Under the pieces are notes generated by a model. That model did not search any database. It saw only the letters and a list, made by a program, of their open reading frames with translations, and was not told where the DNA came from. A program made the position numbers and the translations under genes. From the NCBI GenBank assembly GCA_965197645.1, contig OZ240219.1, positions 2,368,001-2,432,000 on the forward strand: 64,000 nt of DNA. The letters run 5' to 3'. Positions 26,901 to 37,311 of the stretch are shown in pieces (the first letter of the stretch is position 1; the number at the start of each line of letters is the position of its first letter). Source of the stretch: Dehalococcoidia bacterium (GTDB taxonomy: Bacteria > Chloroflexota > Dehalococcoidia > Plut-88900).

Positions 26901-28523
26901 CTAGTACCTCTGGAACAGCAGTTCGCCGTCCACGTAGGTCTCCAGCACGTCTATGTCCCGGATGAACTCCGGATTCACCGCGGTCGGATCGTGGCTCAAC
27001 ACCACCATATCGGCGCGCTTCCCCACCTCCAGCGAACCGGTCTCGTTCTCCCTGAACACCGCTTTGGCAGCGTTGATGGTGTACATTCGTAGACCTTCGA
27101 GGGGAGTTACCGCTTCGTCCGCCTGAACCACCCGTCCATCTCGCCGGGTCCTTCTCGTCACCATGGCGTAGAGACCGAGCAGAGGTTCCATCGGGGCGCA
27201 GGGGTAGTCTGAGCTTGCTGAGACCGACAGGCCCTCGTCCAGCATCGATCGGAATGGCTCCACCTTTGCACCCGTCCCCGCCTCCTGAGCCGTCTTTTCC
27301 TGGAGATCGGCGAAGGCATAAATGAAGGGCGGTTGAACGGAGGGAATGACCTCCAACGCCTTTGCTCGCTTGAGCTGCTCGGGCAGAGGTAGTGAGAAGT
27401 GCTCGAGGCGGAACCTGGGATCGGAGCGAGGGTGCTCTCGTTGCGCCTTCTCGAACGCGTTGAGGGCCTGCTCCACGCTCCAAGTGCCAAGGCAGTGGAT
27501 GGCGACCTGCAGGCCCCGCTTATGGGCCGACATCACCAGCAGGTCCACCTCTTCCTGGCTGTAGTATCGCTCCCCGAAGTGCTGGACCTGACCGTGGGAG
27601 TCCCTCCGGATCATGGCGCCGCTGGGGAACACGGGGTCCATGAATATCTTCATGGTACCGGCCCGCAGCCTGTCTGAAACGTCCTCGGCATCGATTTCGC
27701 CGCCTGCTACCTGTTGAGGCGTGGCATAGAACAGTTCGCCGCCCAGAAGCTGTCTGATGACGATGGGGAGCTTGTTTTGTTCATCGGTCATGCGGTACAT
27801 CTTGCTGGCTATGGGCATGGTGAGCGCGTCGCCGATCCCCGTGACTCCACAGGCCAGATGTCTCTGGCAGTTGCGGCGCACCAGGTCGGCTACCCCGTCC
27901 CCGTATCGGTCTATGTGGGCCTTCATCGACAGGTAGTGGACCTGGTTCATCGCCCGTTCCCACAGCGCGCCGTCCGGATCTCCCTTATCGTCCTTTCGGA
28001 TCCAGCCGCAAGACGGATCGGGCGTATTCTTGTTGATTCCGGCCAGAGCCAAGGCTTCCGAGTTGGCGTAGCAGGCGTGATATGACTGGTCCATTATGCA
28101 GACCGGGTTCCTGGGAGCGACCTCGTCCATCCGCCATCGGCTGAGTGTTTCGGGGCCCTGAAGCGAAGTCGATAAGTTGTAGTTGAAGCCGGTCCCCCAG
28201 ATCCACTGGCCGTCCGGCGCATCTTTGGCCGCTGCGCCGATGGCCTCCAGCACGCTTTTGACGCTTCCATGAGGCGGCACCCGGCAGTCCACAGATACCG
28301 GATCGAAGGTGGTCATGCTGAAGTGGTTGTGCGGATCGATAATGCCGGGTATGACGGTCCGACCGGCCAGGTGCACCACCCGTGTTTCAGGGCCGATATG
28401 GCTATTTATTTCCGAGGTGCTGCCGATTGCGGCAAACTTACCTTCTTTAACGGCTACTGCCTCCGCGGTCCGATCCAGAGCATCCATCGTCAGGACCTTG
28501 CCGCCGGTCAAGACCATGTCCAT
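26901..28523 (-). CDS. amidohydrolase 3 family protein (YtcJ-like)
   Basis: PGIIDPHNH, AIHCLG, RLEH, SSDYP, YTINAA and GSLEVGKRAD motifs. Confidence 0.92.
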   Translation of the reverse strand: MDMVLTGGKVLTMDALDRTAEAVAVKEGKFAAIGSTSEINSHIGPETRVVHLAGRTVIPGIIDPHNHFSMTTFDPVSVDCRVPPHGSVKSVLEAIGAAAKDAPDGQWIWGTGFNYNLSTSLQGPETLSRWRMDEVAPRNPVCIMDQSYHACYANSEALALAGINKNTPDPSCGWIRKDDKGDPDGALWERAMNQVHYLSMKAHIDRYGDGVADLVRRNCQRHLACGVTGIGDALTMPIASKMYRMTDEQNKLPIVIRQLLGGELFYATPQQVAGGEIDAEDVSDRLRAGTMKIFMDPVFPSGAMIRRDSHGQVQHFGERYYSQEEVDLLVMSAHKRGLQVAIHCLGTWSVEQALNAFEKAQREHPRSDPRFRLEHFSLPLPEQLKRAKALEVIPSVQPPFIYAFADLQEKTAQEAGTGAKVEPFRSMLDEGLSVSASSDYPCAPMEPLLGLYAMVTRRTRRDGRVVQADEAVTPLEGLRMYTINAAKAVFRENETGSLEVGKRADMVVLSHDPTAVNPEFIRDIDVLETYVDGELLFQRY

Positions 28524-28699
28524 AGCATCCCTCCAGGAAACGTAGAAGAACCGGTGACCTTACCTTTCGAAGAAATCAACTGGCGGTGAGATTGCGCGTT
28601 CTGATCACAGCCGAATAGTCGAATTGCCGGACCTATCTCACCGTGCCCGGATGCACGGCGCCAGGTCGTAGCTAACCCCGGGCCAACCGCTCGCCTATC

Positions 28700-30094
28700 C
28701 TACAGTTCCGGCTTCTGCCACCCGCCCGTCAACGTCTCGATGTGCTGTGCCACCGCCAGCGCCACATCGTCCCGCCAGGGACGGGTTACAACCTGCACTC
28801 CTATGGGCAACCCTTCGGGCGACGTCCCTGCGCGCACGATGGCGGCGGGCCATCCCGTCATGTTGTAGGCGGAGGTGTAGGTTAGTCCTCGTATCGCATC
28901 CGTATCGTAGGTCACGCCGTGAGGGGGCGCCGGGTATGCGATGGATGGACAGATGATCACATCGTAGTTCCCCAGGAATGAGGTCATTTCGCTGCGGTAC
29001 TCGTCCAGGTCGACGTGACGCAAGGCGAACTCGGTAGCGGAAACCTCGAAACCTCGCCAGAACTCGATGTAGGAGGTCGCCATTCCGTGGACTTCAGTGG
29101 TCCCGACCTCTTCCAGAAGCGCCTCTATCACCCCCGCACTGTGGGCGCCCCAGAAGGCGTTCTCCACGTCGTAGGTCTTTTCAATCCCCGTCGGCCTGGC
29201 CTCCTCCATCTCCATACCCGCGTCCGCCAGCTGGTGGGCTATCCTGGTGACCGTCTCCGCGGTCTCGGGAGTTGGGGTCATAACGCCGTTATCGGTGTGG
29301 AAAGAGCCTCGCAGGCCCTTCAGGTCAACATCCTCAGGATCGCCCAGGGGCATGGGCACGATGGCGGGGTCGGACCAGTCCGGCCCGGACAGGAAGGGCA
29401 TGGTCAGGGTCAGGTCCTCCACGTAGCGGGACATCGGTCCTATCTGGAACAGAGAGTCCACCGCCCCGTTCAGCCGGGGGTAATGCCCCGTACGGGGCAC
29501 CCTGCAAGAGGTCGGCTTGATGCCGGCGATGCCGCAGTAGTGGGCCGGGATCCGTATGCTGCCGCCGATGTCGCTGCCGAGGCCCACCGGCGAGCCGCCC
29601 GCCGCGATCAAGGCGCCCTCGCCGCCGCTGCTGCCTCCCGGCGTTCGATCCAGCCCGTAGGGGTTATTAGTCCGGCCGTAGACCAGGTTGTCCGACTCGC
29701 CGGCCAAGGCCAACTCGGGCACGTTGGTCTTGCCTATCAGTATCCCGCCGGCTCCCCTCATCCGCGCCACGACCTCCGAGTCCTTGTCCGGGACGTAGGA
29801 AGCCCTTCCCAGGGTGCCTCCGGTGCAGATGACACCCTCGCTCTCGATGTTGTCCTTGACCGTGAAAGGTACGCCATGCAGGGGCCCCAGGACATCACCC
29901 CGGGCCAGCGCCTCATCCGCTTCGCGGGCCTGCTCCCGGCCCGTATCGCTTATCGTCTGGACCACCGCGTTGAGCGTGGGGTTCACCTCCTCGATACGCT
30001 GGAGATGAGCGTTGACTAGCTCCTCCGAAGAGACCCTCTTTTGCCGGATTTCCCGGGCCATTGTCGCCGCCGACTCGTAGATCAAATCGTCCAT
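28700..30094 (-). CDS. amidase signature family enzyme
   Basis: GPLHGVPFTVKD, GGSSGGE and GSDIGGSIRIPA (Ser-Ser-Lys triad). Confidence 0.95.
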   Translation of the reverse strand: MDDLIYESAATMAREIRQKRVSSEELVNAHLQRIEEVNPTLNAVVQTISDTGREQAREADEALARGDVLGPLHGVPFTVKDNIESEGVICTGGTLGRASYVPDKDSEVVARMRGAGGILIGKTNVPELALAGESDNLVYGRTNNPYGLDRTPGGSSGGEGALIAAGGSPVGLGSDIGGSIRIPAHYCGIAGIKPTSCRVPRTGHYPRLNGAVDSLFQIGPMSRYVEDLTLTMPFLSGPDWSDPAIVPMPLGDPEDVDLKGLRGSFHTDNGVMTPTPETAETVTRIAHQLADAGMEMEEARPTGIEKTYDVENAFWGAHSAGVIEALLEEVGTTEVHGMATSYIEFWRGFEVSATEFALRHVDLDEYRSEMTSFLGNYDVIICPSIAYPAPPHGVTYDTDAIRGLTYTSAYNMTGWPAAIVRAGTSPEGLPIGVQVVTRPWRDDVALAVAQHIETLTGGWQKPEL

Positions 30095-30148
30095 ATCACG
30101 CTCCTCCTGGCCTTGCCTTTCTCAGCTTTGCGCCACCGGTGATCGCTT

Positions 30149-31279
30149 TCAGTTCGTGGAGAACCCGTACAGCTTGGCGGCGTTGCCCCCTACGATCTTC
30201 CGTTTGTCCTCTTCGGATATCCCCCGGAACGTCTCCTCGATAACCTCTCGGGAGTGGGGGAACGTGCCCTCGTCGTGGGGGTAGTCGCTTCCCCACATCA
30301 TGCGATCGGCCCCTGTGTACTCGATGTTGTGCAGCCCAATCGGGTCGTCGCCGAAGGTGATGTAACCCTGGCGCTTGAAGTACTCGCTGGGCCTCATCTG
30401 GAGTTTGGGTACGTGCCACATGTGCCTGCGGTCGTAGATATCGTCGAGGGCGTACAGCGCCCAGGCCAGCCATCCGGTCCCGCATTCCACCAGCACGAAC
30501 TTCATCTCCGGATACCGGTCCAACGCACCCGAGCCGCTCAGCAGCAGCAGCGGGTTCATCCCTTCGGCCATGCCCTGCACCAACCCAATCAACTCCTCGC
30601 CGTCCTCCTGCCTCCCCCCACCTGTCCGTTGCAGGTCCTCGACGGAAAAGGGATCGCTGCTGGTGAACACGTGGAAGCTCAGCGGGATTCCCATTTCTTG
30701 TACTGCGGACCACAGCGCATCATAGTCCTTCTTGTTGTACGGACGGGATGGCCTGCTCACGGGCACCGACACCGACCGGTACTCTTGCTTGCCCGCTCTC
30801 TTCACCTCGCCGATGGCCGACTCTATATCGATGGTGGGAATCATGGCCGATATGACGAACGTGTCGTTGTGGTCTCCAAACAGATCGAAGTAGTAGTTGT
30901 TGTAGAGCTGGGCCATGGCCATCTGGAATCCCGGGTCCGGCGAAGCGAAGACCTTGAACATGCCGTTGGGGTAGATTACCTCGGCGTTCACGCCGTCATC
31001 GTTGATATCGGCCAACCGCTTGGGAATGTCGATGCCGAAGTTGCCCGCGGTGATCTTGCTGTCTCCCTGTTGGCGGAACCCCTTTCGCCAGTCCTCTTCG
31101 TTCAGGGGATTGGCGGGCTCGACGTGAAGGATTGCCTGGCCATCGACAATCAGCCAGGTGGTGCCGTCTATAACTTGGAATTGCGGCCTGCGGTCCCGAT
31201 ACTCCGATGGCAGGTTGTCGTATATCTCGTCGGGGTCCTCAACGTGGGAATCGGCCGAGATGACCTTGTAGTCCGCCAT
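30149..31279 (-). CDS. amidohydrolase family protein (Amidohydro_2)
   Basis: ISADSH, VECGTGW and WGSDYPHDEGTFP motifs. Confidence 0.92.
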   Translation of the reverse strand: MADYKVISADSHVEDPDEIYDNLPSEYRDRRPQFQVIDGTTWLIVDGQAILHVEPANPLNEEDWRKGFRQQGDSKITAGNFGIDIPKRLADINDDGVNAEVIYPNGMFKVFASPDPGFQMAMAQLYNNYYFDLFGDHNDTFVISAMIPTIDIESAIGEVKRAGKQEYRSVSVPVSRPSRPYNKKDYDALWSAVQEMGIPLSFHVFTSSDPFSVEDLQRTGGGRQEDGEELIGLVQGMAEGMNPLLLLSGSGALDRYPEMKFVLVECGTGWLAWALYALDDIYDRRHMWHVPKLQMRPSEYFKRQGYITFGDDPIGLHNIEYTGADRMMWGSDYPHDEGTFPHSREVIEETFRGISEEDKRKIVGGNAAKLYGFSTN

Positions 31280-31489
31280 ATCCGCCTCCGATCCAACTTT
31301 AGCTGGTCGTGTGCTTAATTTTGGTCTTTGCTGGCCGTGTGTATAACTCAGAGCCGCCGGGAAGGCTATCCTAGGCCAAACCAGTCAAGGTTGCAATCCT
31401 TCGACGGTACTGATGTATGATAGGGTCGCTTTCCACAGCAGACGAACGCTGCGATGACGAAGACCCAACACATCAACCGGGAGGGACCA

Positions 31490-32446
31490 ATGACCAGGAA
31501 AAGAATCGGCGTGGATGCTGCGGGCGCAAACGCCAACGAGCTAGTGGCCCACATCAAGGAGTTGGAGTCCATCGGAATAGAGGCCACCTGGCTTACCACC
31601 GGCGGCGCCGGCCTAGATGCGTTATCCGTATTCGCTGCCGCCGGCGCCCAGACCCAACGGATACTCATGGCGACCGGCATTACGCCCACGTGGCCCCGCC
31701 ATCCCGTCGCCGCCATACAGCAGGTCCAGGTCATAGCCCAGCTTGCTCCCGGCCGGTTTCGGTTTGGGGTTGGGCCCAGCTCCAGGGACGGCATGGAGGA
31801 CATGTTCGGCGCCGACTTCCGGGCGCCGGTCACCAACGTTAAGGAGTACGTCCAGGTCTGCAAATCGCTGCTGCAGGAGGGATCGGTAGACTTCCAGGGC
31901 ACTCAGTACACGGCCAGGGCCGAGATAGAGCCGATACCCGATGTCCCGATAATGGCGTCCGCCCTGGGCAGGGGAGCCTTCAAGGCCTGTGGTCAGGTCG
32001 CCGATGGGGCCATAAGCTGGCTGTGCCCCGCACAGTACTTGAGCGACGTAGCCATGCCCGCCCTGGAAGAGGGCGCCAGGGAAGCCGGTCGATCTACTCC
32101 ACCGCTCGTCGCCCACCTCTGCGCCGCCGTCCACGAGGACGTAGAGGAAGTGTGGGCCGTGGTGAAGGACCAGTTCAGCTTCTTCCCTCCGTCCATCTAC
32201 TATGCCCGCATGTTCGCCGCCGCCGGTTTCCCGGAGGCCCTGGACACGGGCCAGTGGAGCGATGGCATGCTGGACGCGGTGGTAGCTGCCGGCGACGAAG
32301 GAGCCGCCGAGAAGAAGCTGCGTCAGTACCTGGACTGTGGCGCAACGGAGATACTCGTCTCAATTTTCGAGGTCGGGCCGGACGGGAAGGCCAGCCGGCG
32401 ACGCACCGAGGCCCTTCTGGCGGAGATGACCAAGTCTCTGAACTGA
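31490..32446 (+). CDS. LLM class (F420-type) oxidoreductase
   Basis: PTWPRHP, LAPGRFRFGVGPS and VADGAISW motifs; ATG at 31490 after GGAGG. Confidence 0.88.
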   Translation: MTRKRIGVDAAGANANELVAHIKELESIGIEATWLTTGGAGLDALSVFAAAGAQTQRILMATGITPTWPRHPVAAIQQVQVIAQLAPGRFRFGVGPSSRDGMEDMFGADFRAPVTNVKEYVQVCKSLLQEGSVDFQGTQYTARAEIEPIPDVPIMASALGRGAFKACGQVADGAISWLCPAQYLSDVAMPALEEGAREAGRSTPPLVAHLCAAVHEDVEEVWAVVKDQFSFFPPSIYYARMFAAAGFPEALDTGQWSDGMLDAVVAAGDEGAAEKKLRQYLDCGATEILVSIFEVGPDGKASRRRTEALLAEMTKSLN

Positions 32447-32500
32447 TCTTCTGACCTGACTGTCGCAATGACGGCAACTGTCAGCCTGGGTTCACACCCT

Positions 32501-32540
32501 CGTCATTGCGAGCCCCGACAAGGTCGGGGCGTGGCAATCC
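32501..32540 (+). repeat. REP-like family B (CGTCATTGCGAG..CCGAC....GTCGGGGCGTGGCAATCC)
   Basis: other copies at 36246, 51352 and 60244; inverted half-site at 32463..32473. Confidence 0.85.
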
Positions 32541-32550
32541 AACCAGGTCT

Positions 32551-32704
32551 GGCCTATGAAGGAAGGGGTGTGCAAAGGGGCAAAGCAAATTCTTCTGAGA
32601 CTGCCTGCTGGGGGCCGGGAGTCTGAGGGCATCCCTCAGAAACTATCCCTTATTATTCCCCCTTCCTGGCCAGGGGGTGACCGGACGGGCCTTTCAGACC
32701 CCTA
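32551..32704 (+). repeat. intergenic repeat family A, copy 2
   Basis: colinear with 11321 and 56507. Confidence 0.85.
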
Positions 32705-34009
32705 CTAAATCGTTTGTGTCCAGTCGGCCAGGTCCCCCTCTTCGAAGCGGGAGTATCGGAAGTCTCGGATGTCCACCGAGGTCTTGCCGTCCAGTATAAG
32801 CTCCGACGTGACCAGTCCTGCCCCTGGCCCCATGGCGAAACCGTGGCCGCTGAACCCGGTGGCGAACAGGAAGCCCTCTATCCCCGGCACCGGGCCCAGC
32901 ACAGGTGTGGCATCGGGAGTCGCATCGATGCGGCCGGCCCACGCCCTCTCGATGCTGATATCACCGACGGATGGGATGAACTTCTTCAGCTTTCTTCTCA
33001 TCACCTTTACGTTTTCCCTGTTCAGCTTCGGCTCCACGTCCACCGTGTGGGCGAAGGGGTGTTCTCTGGAAGAGGACCAGGGCAAGGAGCGCATGACATC
33101 GTCGATCAGGCCCATACCGAAGTTCAGGCGCAGGCTGCGTCGATTCCTCCGGAAGTTGGGCATAAAGAGCCACATGTGACGAAAGCTATCCAGGGTGACG
33201 TCATAGTCTCCCCTGACCCCGCCCGCTATGTACATCCGGCCGTCGGCCCTCTGGCGGACGGTGATCCCGTCTCCCCACAGCACGGTGTTGGTTATGGGTG
33301 GAGCCGGACTGGTGCACGCTACCGATGCCCTCACCACCCCCTGGGGTAGATTCAGACCGAGCATCCGACCTATCTTGCCGGACCAAGCCCCCGCTGCACA
33401 CACTACGGTTGGGGTCTTGATTGTCCCCCTATCGGTAACAACCCGGCTTACCGCCCCTGCGGTGAGATCGATCCGGTTGGCGGCGCAGTAGGTGTACAGA
33501 TTGGCCCCGTATTCCTGGGCTGCCCGGGCCACTGCCTGAGTAGCCTTGCGAGGTTCGGCCTGGCCGTCGGATGGGGTGTAAGCCCCACCGAGATAGTCCC
33601 CCTCCAGCTCCGGTATCTTCTCCTTTACCTCGGCGGCCGATAGGAACTCGGTCTCCAGGCCAATCTCCTGGGCCATCTTGGTCCATGTCTCGCAGTGGGC
33701 GGCGTCCTCCTCAGAGTACGTGAGCCTGAGCGAACCGTTCTGTATCCAGTCCACCTCCGTGTCCATCTCCTCGACTATCCGCTTCCAGGTGCGAATCGAT
33801 AGCATGATCAGGGGCAGCTCTCGAGGGTTGCGGCCCTGCTGCCTCACCCAGCCCCAGTTCCTGCCGGACTGCTCATCGGATACCTCGCCCTTTTCCACCA
33901 CCACCACCTTGGCGCCGCGCTTGGCCAGGAAGTAGGCGGTGGAGCTTCCCACTATGCCTCCACCTATGATTACTACGTCTGCGTGTTCCGGAATGGGTTC
34001 GGTCTGCAT
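32705..34009 (-). CDS. FAD-dependent oxidoreductase, DAO/DadA family
   Basis: GGGIVG, QSGRNWGWVRQQGR, WAGRIDATPD and GFSGHGFAMGP motifs; true start MQTEP at 34009. Confidence 0.92.
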   Translation of the reverse strand: MQTEPIPEHADVVIIGGGIVGSSTAYFLAKRGAKVVVVEKGEVSDEQSGRNWGWVRQQGRNPRELPLIMLSIRTWKRIVEEMDTEVDWIQNGSLRLTYSEEDAAHCETWTKMAQEIGLETEFLSAAEVKEKIPELEGDYLGGAYTPSDGQAEPRKATQAVARAAQEYGANLYTYCAANRIDLTAGAVSRVVTDRGTIKTPTVVCAAGAWSGKIGRMLGLNLPQGVVRASVACTSPAPPITNTVLWGDGITVRQRADGRMYIAGGVRGDYDVTLDSFRHMWLFMPNFRRNRRSLRLNFGMGLIDDVMRSLPWSSSREHPFAHTVDVEPKLNRENVKVMRRKLKKFIPSVGDISIERAWAGRIDATPDATPVLGPVPGIEGFLFATGFSGHGFAMGPGAGLVTSELILDGKTSVDIRDFRYSRFEEGDLADWTQTI

Positions 34010-34060
34010 GGCTGTTCCTCTCTGAATGTGAACGCTCCGTATTATACCCCAGGTGCTGGT

Positions 34061-34089
34061 TTGACCCTGTCGAAAAGCCCGTATAGAAT
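34061..34089 (+). promoter_or_regulatory. sigma70 promoter of the esterase gene
   Basis: TTGACC-17 bp-TAGAAT. Confidence 0.65.
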
Positions 34090-34130
34090 CACCGCATCGG
34101 CTTGGAGGAGAATACAAAAGGAGTTGGACC

Positions 34131-35021
34131 ATGATGAGCACAGAGCTGACGGCGGTGATAGATCTTGTCAAATCGCCCGATACGGACGTGTCGCCCTCCC
34201 TGGAGGAGAGCCGGGCCGGATACGAGGAGATGATGGCTGAGTTTCCCATACCATCGGACATCAGCCTGGAGCCCGTAGACGCCGGCGGAGTGCCCTCCGA
34301 ATGGGTCGTCGCACCCAACGCGGACCCTGACAGGGTCATACTCTACCTGCACGGCGGCGGGTACGTCGTCGGCTCTATCAACACCCATCGGGAGATGTGC
34401 GCTCGACTCTCCAGAGCCGCCAGGGCTCGGGTCCTGGTCATCGACTACCGTCTCGCTCCCGAGCACCCCTTCCCCGCCCCAGTGGAAGACGCGCTGACTA
34501 CTTACAAGTGGCTACTGGCCGGCGGCGCGGAACCTTCGAACGTCACAATAGCAGGAGACTCGGCCGGCGGCGGTCTGACCGTTGCCGCTCTGGTAGACAT
34601 TCGAGACCAGGGCCAACCCCTGCCCGCAGCCGGTATCTGCATTTCTCCCTGGGTAGACTTGGAAGGCCTGGGCGACTCTATGACCGGAAAGGCCAACGTC
34701 GACCCCATGGTGCAGAAGGACGGCTTGGTAGAAATGGCCAATCTCTACCTGGGTGGCGCCGATCCGAAATCGCCTCTGGCTGCGCCAATGTACGCAGACC
34801 TCTCCGGGCTCCCGCCGCTGCTGATACAGGTGGGCACGGCGGAAACCCTGCTGGACGATTCCACCCGGCTGGCCGACCTGGCCAAGGCCGCCGGCATCGA
34901 CGTGGAATTGGAGGTCTGGGACGACATGATCCACGTCTGGCACTCCTTCGCCGCCATGCTTCCCGAGGCCCAACAGGCGATCGAAAAGATCGGCGAGTAC
35001 GTCCTGGGCAAGACCGGCTGA
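34131..35021 (+). CDS. alpha/beta hydrolase, HSL family esterase/lactonase
   Basis: HGGG, DYRLAPEHPFPA, GDSAGG and MIHVW motifs. Confidence 0.94.
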   Translation: MMSTELTAVIDLVKSPDTDVSPSLEESRAGYEEMMAEFPIPSDISLEPVDAGGVPSEWVVAPNADPDRVILYLHGGGYVVGSINTHREMCARLSRAARARVLVIDYRLAPEHPFPAPVEDALTTYKWLLAGGAEPSNVTIAGDSAGGGLTVAALVDIRDQGQPLPAAGICISPWVDLEGLGDSMTGKANVDPMVQKDGLVEMANLYLGGADPKSPLAAPMYADLSGLPPLLIQVGTAETLLDDSTRLADLAKAAGIDVELEVWDDMIHVWHSFAAMLPEAQQAIEKIGEYVLGKTG

Positions 35022-35098
35022 TCAATCGGGCCGCGTTGGTTTGCAGGCGTCAAGCTAGGGATGATGCGAGCTTGGGGCCCTCCAAGAGGTACGCTCCT

Positions 35099-36127
35099 AT
35101 GCAAGGTATGAACCGACAGATAACCCTGGTCTCCAGGCCTCAAGGCGCCGCGAAGCCCTCCGATTTCCGTCTGGTCGAATCTCCCATTCCTGCTCCGGGC
35201 GATGGAGAGGTGCTGGTGCGAACTCTCTACCTGTCCGTGGACCCCTACCAACGGAGCCTGTTGGATGATTTCGAAGGCACCGATGATTTCTACGCCCGGC
35301 CCGTCGAGATCGGCGGGGTGATTGGGGGTGGAGTATGCGGCGAGGTCGTCGAGTCCAAGCATCCCAACCTCAAGGCCGGCGATCTAGTTGAGGCCTACAT
35401 TGGGTGGCAGGAGTACGGCTGTATCGAAGGCGGGTCCCTGAGAAAGGTGAATCCTGACCTCGCGCCCATATCCACCAGCCTGGGAGTCCTGGGTATGCCG
35501 GGCCTGACCGCTTATTTCGGCCTACTGGACCTGGGCCTGCCCAAAGCGGGTGAAACCGTTCTGGTCTCCACCGCTGCCGGGGCTGTGGGATCGATCGTGG
35601 GCCAGATTGCCAAGATCCAAGGCTGCCGGGTTATAGGAACTGCGGGCAGCGAGGACAAGGTCCGTCACGCGGTCGATGACCTGGGCTTCGACGCTGCTTT
35701 CAACTACAAGACTGTCGATGACTACCTGGCAAAGCTGCAGGAAGTGTGCCCCGAGGGCATAGACGTCTACTTCGATAATGTGGGCGGCGACCTAACCGAC
35801 GCCGTCTTCATGCACATCAATGAGTACGCCCGGCTCGTGATATGCGGCCAGATCACCCAGTACGATATGGCCGAACCCGATACCGGCCCGCGGCTCTTGG
35901 GTCAGCTAATCGGCAAAAGAGCAAGGGTTGAGGGCTTTCTGGTCGATCAGTTTGTCGACAAGTACGAGCAGGGCATCAGCCAGATGGCTGAGTGGATACG
36001 GGACGGTAGGCTCAAGTATCGAGAGCATATCATCGATGGCATAGAGAGCACACCGGAGGCGTTTCTGAGGATGATGCGGGGCGATAATACAGGGAAACAG
36101 CTGGTGAAAGTGGGCGAGCCGTCTTAG
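35099..36127 (+). CDS. NADP-dependent oxidoreductase (CurA/PTGR-like MDR)
   Basis: YLSVDPY, LGMPGLTAYFG, AAGAVGS, YFDNVGG and NTGKQLV motifs; the ORF-track extension back to 34397 is spurious. Confidence 0.92.
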   Translation: MQGMNRQITLVSRPQGAAKPSDFRLVESPIPAPGDGEVLVRTLYLSVDPYQRSLLDDFEGTDDFYARPVEIGGVIGGGVCGEVVESKHPNLKAGDLVEAYIGWQEYGCIEGGSLRKVNPDLAPISTSLGVLGMPGLTAYFGLLDLGLPKAGETVLVSTAAGAVGSIVGQIAKIQGCRVIGTAGSEDKVRHAVDDLGFDAAFNYKTVDDYLAKLQEVCPEGIDVYFDNVGGDLTDAVFMHINEYARLVICGQITQYDMAEPDTGPRLLGQLIGKRARVEGFLVDQFVDKYEQGISQMAEWIRDGRLKYREHIIDGIESTPEAFLRMMRGDNTGKQLVKVGEPS

Positions 36128-36154
36128 CGGCTCCGTCAGTGAAATGAAATGATA

Positions 36155-36177
36155 CCGGCCCGCCATTGGCGGGCCGG
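36155..36177. terminator. hairpin between convergent genes
   Basis: CCGGCCCGCC-ATT-GGCGGGCCGG perfect 10-bp stem with a weak U tract. Confidence 0.5.
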
Positions 36178-36245
36178 ATTCGTTAACCCCGATTTTGTGC
36201 TGTGCTCTGGCAGGTGTTGAGTAACTCCACCGACCTTACCTGGCT

Positions 36246-36286
36246 GGATTGCTACGCCCCCGACAGAGTCGGGTCTCGCAATGACG
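36246..36286 (-). repeat. REP-like family B
   Basis: reverse complement of the 32501 element. Confidence 0.8.
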
Positions 36287-36296
36287 GGGGGAGCCC

Positions 36297-37307
36297 CTAG
36301 TACAGGTGGCAGGCTACCGCGTGCCCCTTGCCCGTCTCCTTCAACGGCGGTATCACCTCCCGGCACACGTCCATGGCATACGGACACCGGGGATGGAACG
36401 TGCACCCCTTCGGCGGGTTCAGAGGACTAGGCACGTCTCCCGTCAGGATTATCCTCTCCCTCTTCGCCTCCACCACCGGGTCAGGTATCGGCACCGCCGA
36501 TAGCAGCGCCTTGGTGTACGGGTGCTGCGGGTCCTCGTACAGCTTGTCCCGGTCCGTTACCTCCGCCAGCTTACCTAAGTACATCACCGCCACTCGGTCC
36601 GATATGTGCCTCACCACCGATAGATCATGCGCTATGAACAGATACGTCAGATTGAACTGCTCCTGCAGCTCCTGCAGCAGATTTATCACCTGCGCCTGGA
36701 TCGATACGTCCAACGCCGATACCGGCTCGTCACACACTATGAACGACGGGTTCACCGCCAACGCCCTCGCTATCCCTATCCTCTGCCTCTGTCCTCCGCT
36801 GAACTCGTGCGGGTACCGGTCCACCATGTACGGGTTCAGCCCCACCACCTGGAACAGCTCCTGCACCCTCTCCTTCCTATCCCTTCGCTCCCCTATCTTG
36901 TGTATCGTCAGCGGTTCCTCCACTATCGCTCCCACCGTCATCCGAGGGTTCAATGAGCTGTACGGGTCCTGGAATATCACCTGCAGCTCTCTCCTCAAAG
37001 GCCTCATAGCCTTCGTCGATAGCCGCGTCAGGTCCTTCCCCTTGAACATCACCTCCCCATCCGTAGGCTTGTACAGCTGCAGTATGCATCTCCCCGTCGT
37101 CGTCTTCCCGCACCCGCTCTCTCCCACCAGTCCCAGCGTCTCTCCCTCCATTATGTCGAAGGTCACCCCATCCACCGCCTTCACCTCTCCAACCTTCGCC
37201 TGGAAGATGATCCCCTTCGTCACCGGAAAGTACATCTTCAACCCATTGATGCTCAGCAGCGTATCTCTGCCCCTCGCTCCGTTGCCCTCAGACCCGTTGG
37301 TTGTCAT
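36297..37307 (-). CDS. oppF: oligopeptide/dipeptide ABC ATP-binding protein (OppF/DppF)
   Basis: [28 protein letters not shown] and [12 protein letters not shown] motifs. Confidence 0.93.
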   Translation of the reverse strand: MTTNGSEGNGARGRDTLLSINGLKMYFPVTKGIIFQAKVGEVKAVDGVTFDIMEGETLGLVGESGCGKTTTGRCILQLYKPTDGEVMFKGKDLTRLSTKAMRPLRRELQVIFQDPYSSLNPRMTVGAIVEEPLTIHKIGERRDRKERVQELFQVVGLNPYMVDRYPHEFSGGQRQRIGIARALAVNPSFIVCDEPVSALDVSIQAQVINLLQELQEQFNLTYLFIAHDLSVVRHISDRVAVMYLGKLAEVTDRDKLYEDPQHPYTKALLSAVPIPDPVVEAKRERIILTGDVPSPLNPPKGCTFHPRCPYAMDVCREVIPPLKETGKGHAVACHLY

Positions 37308-37311
37308 TTCC

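Noticed and set aside
34010-34339. N-terminal extension of the DAO-family ORF
   Set aside because: it overlaps the divergent esterase gene and its promoter; a good RBS precedes ATG 34009
34397-35098. N-terminal extension suggesting a 576-aa fusion oxidoreductase
   Set aside because: it overlaps the esterase gene in another frame; family similarity starts at MQGMNRQ
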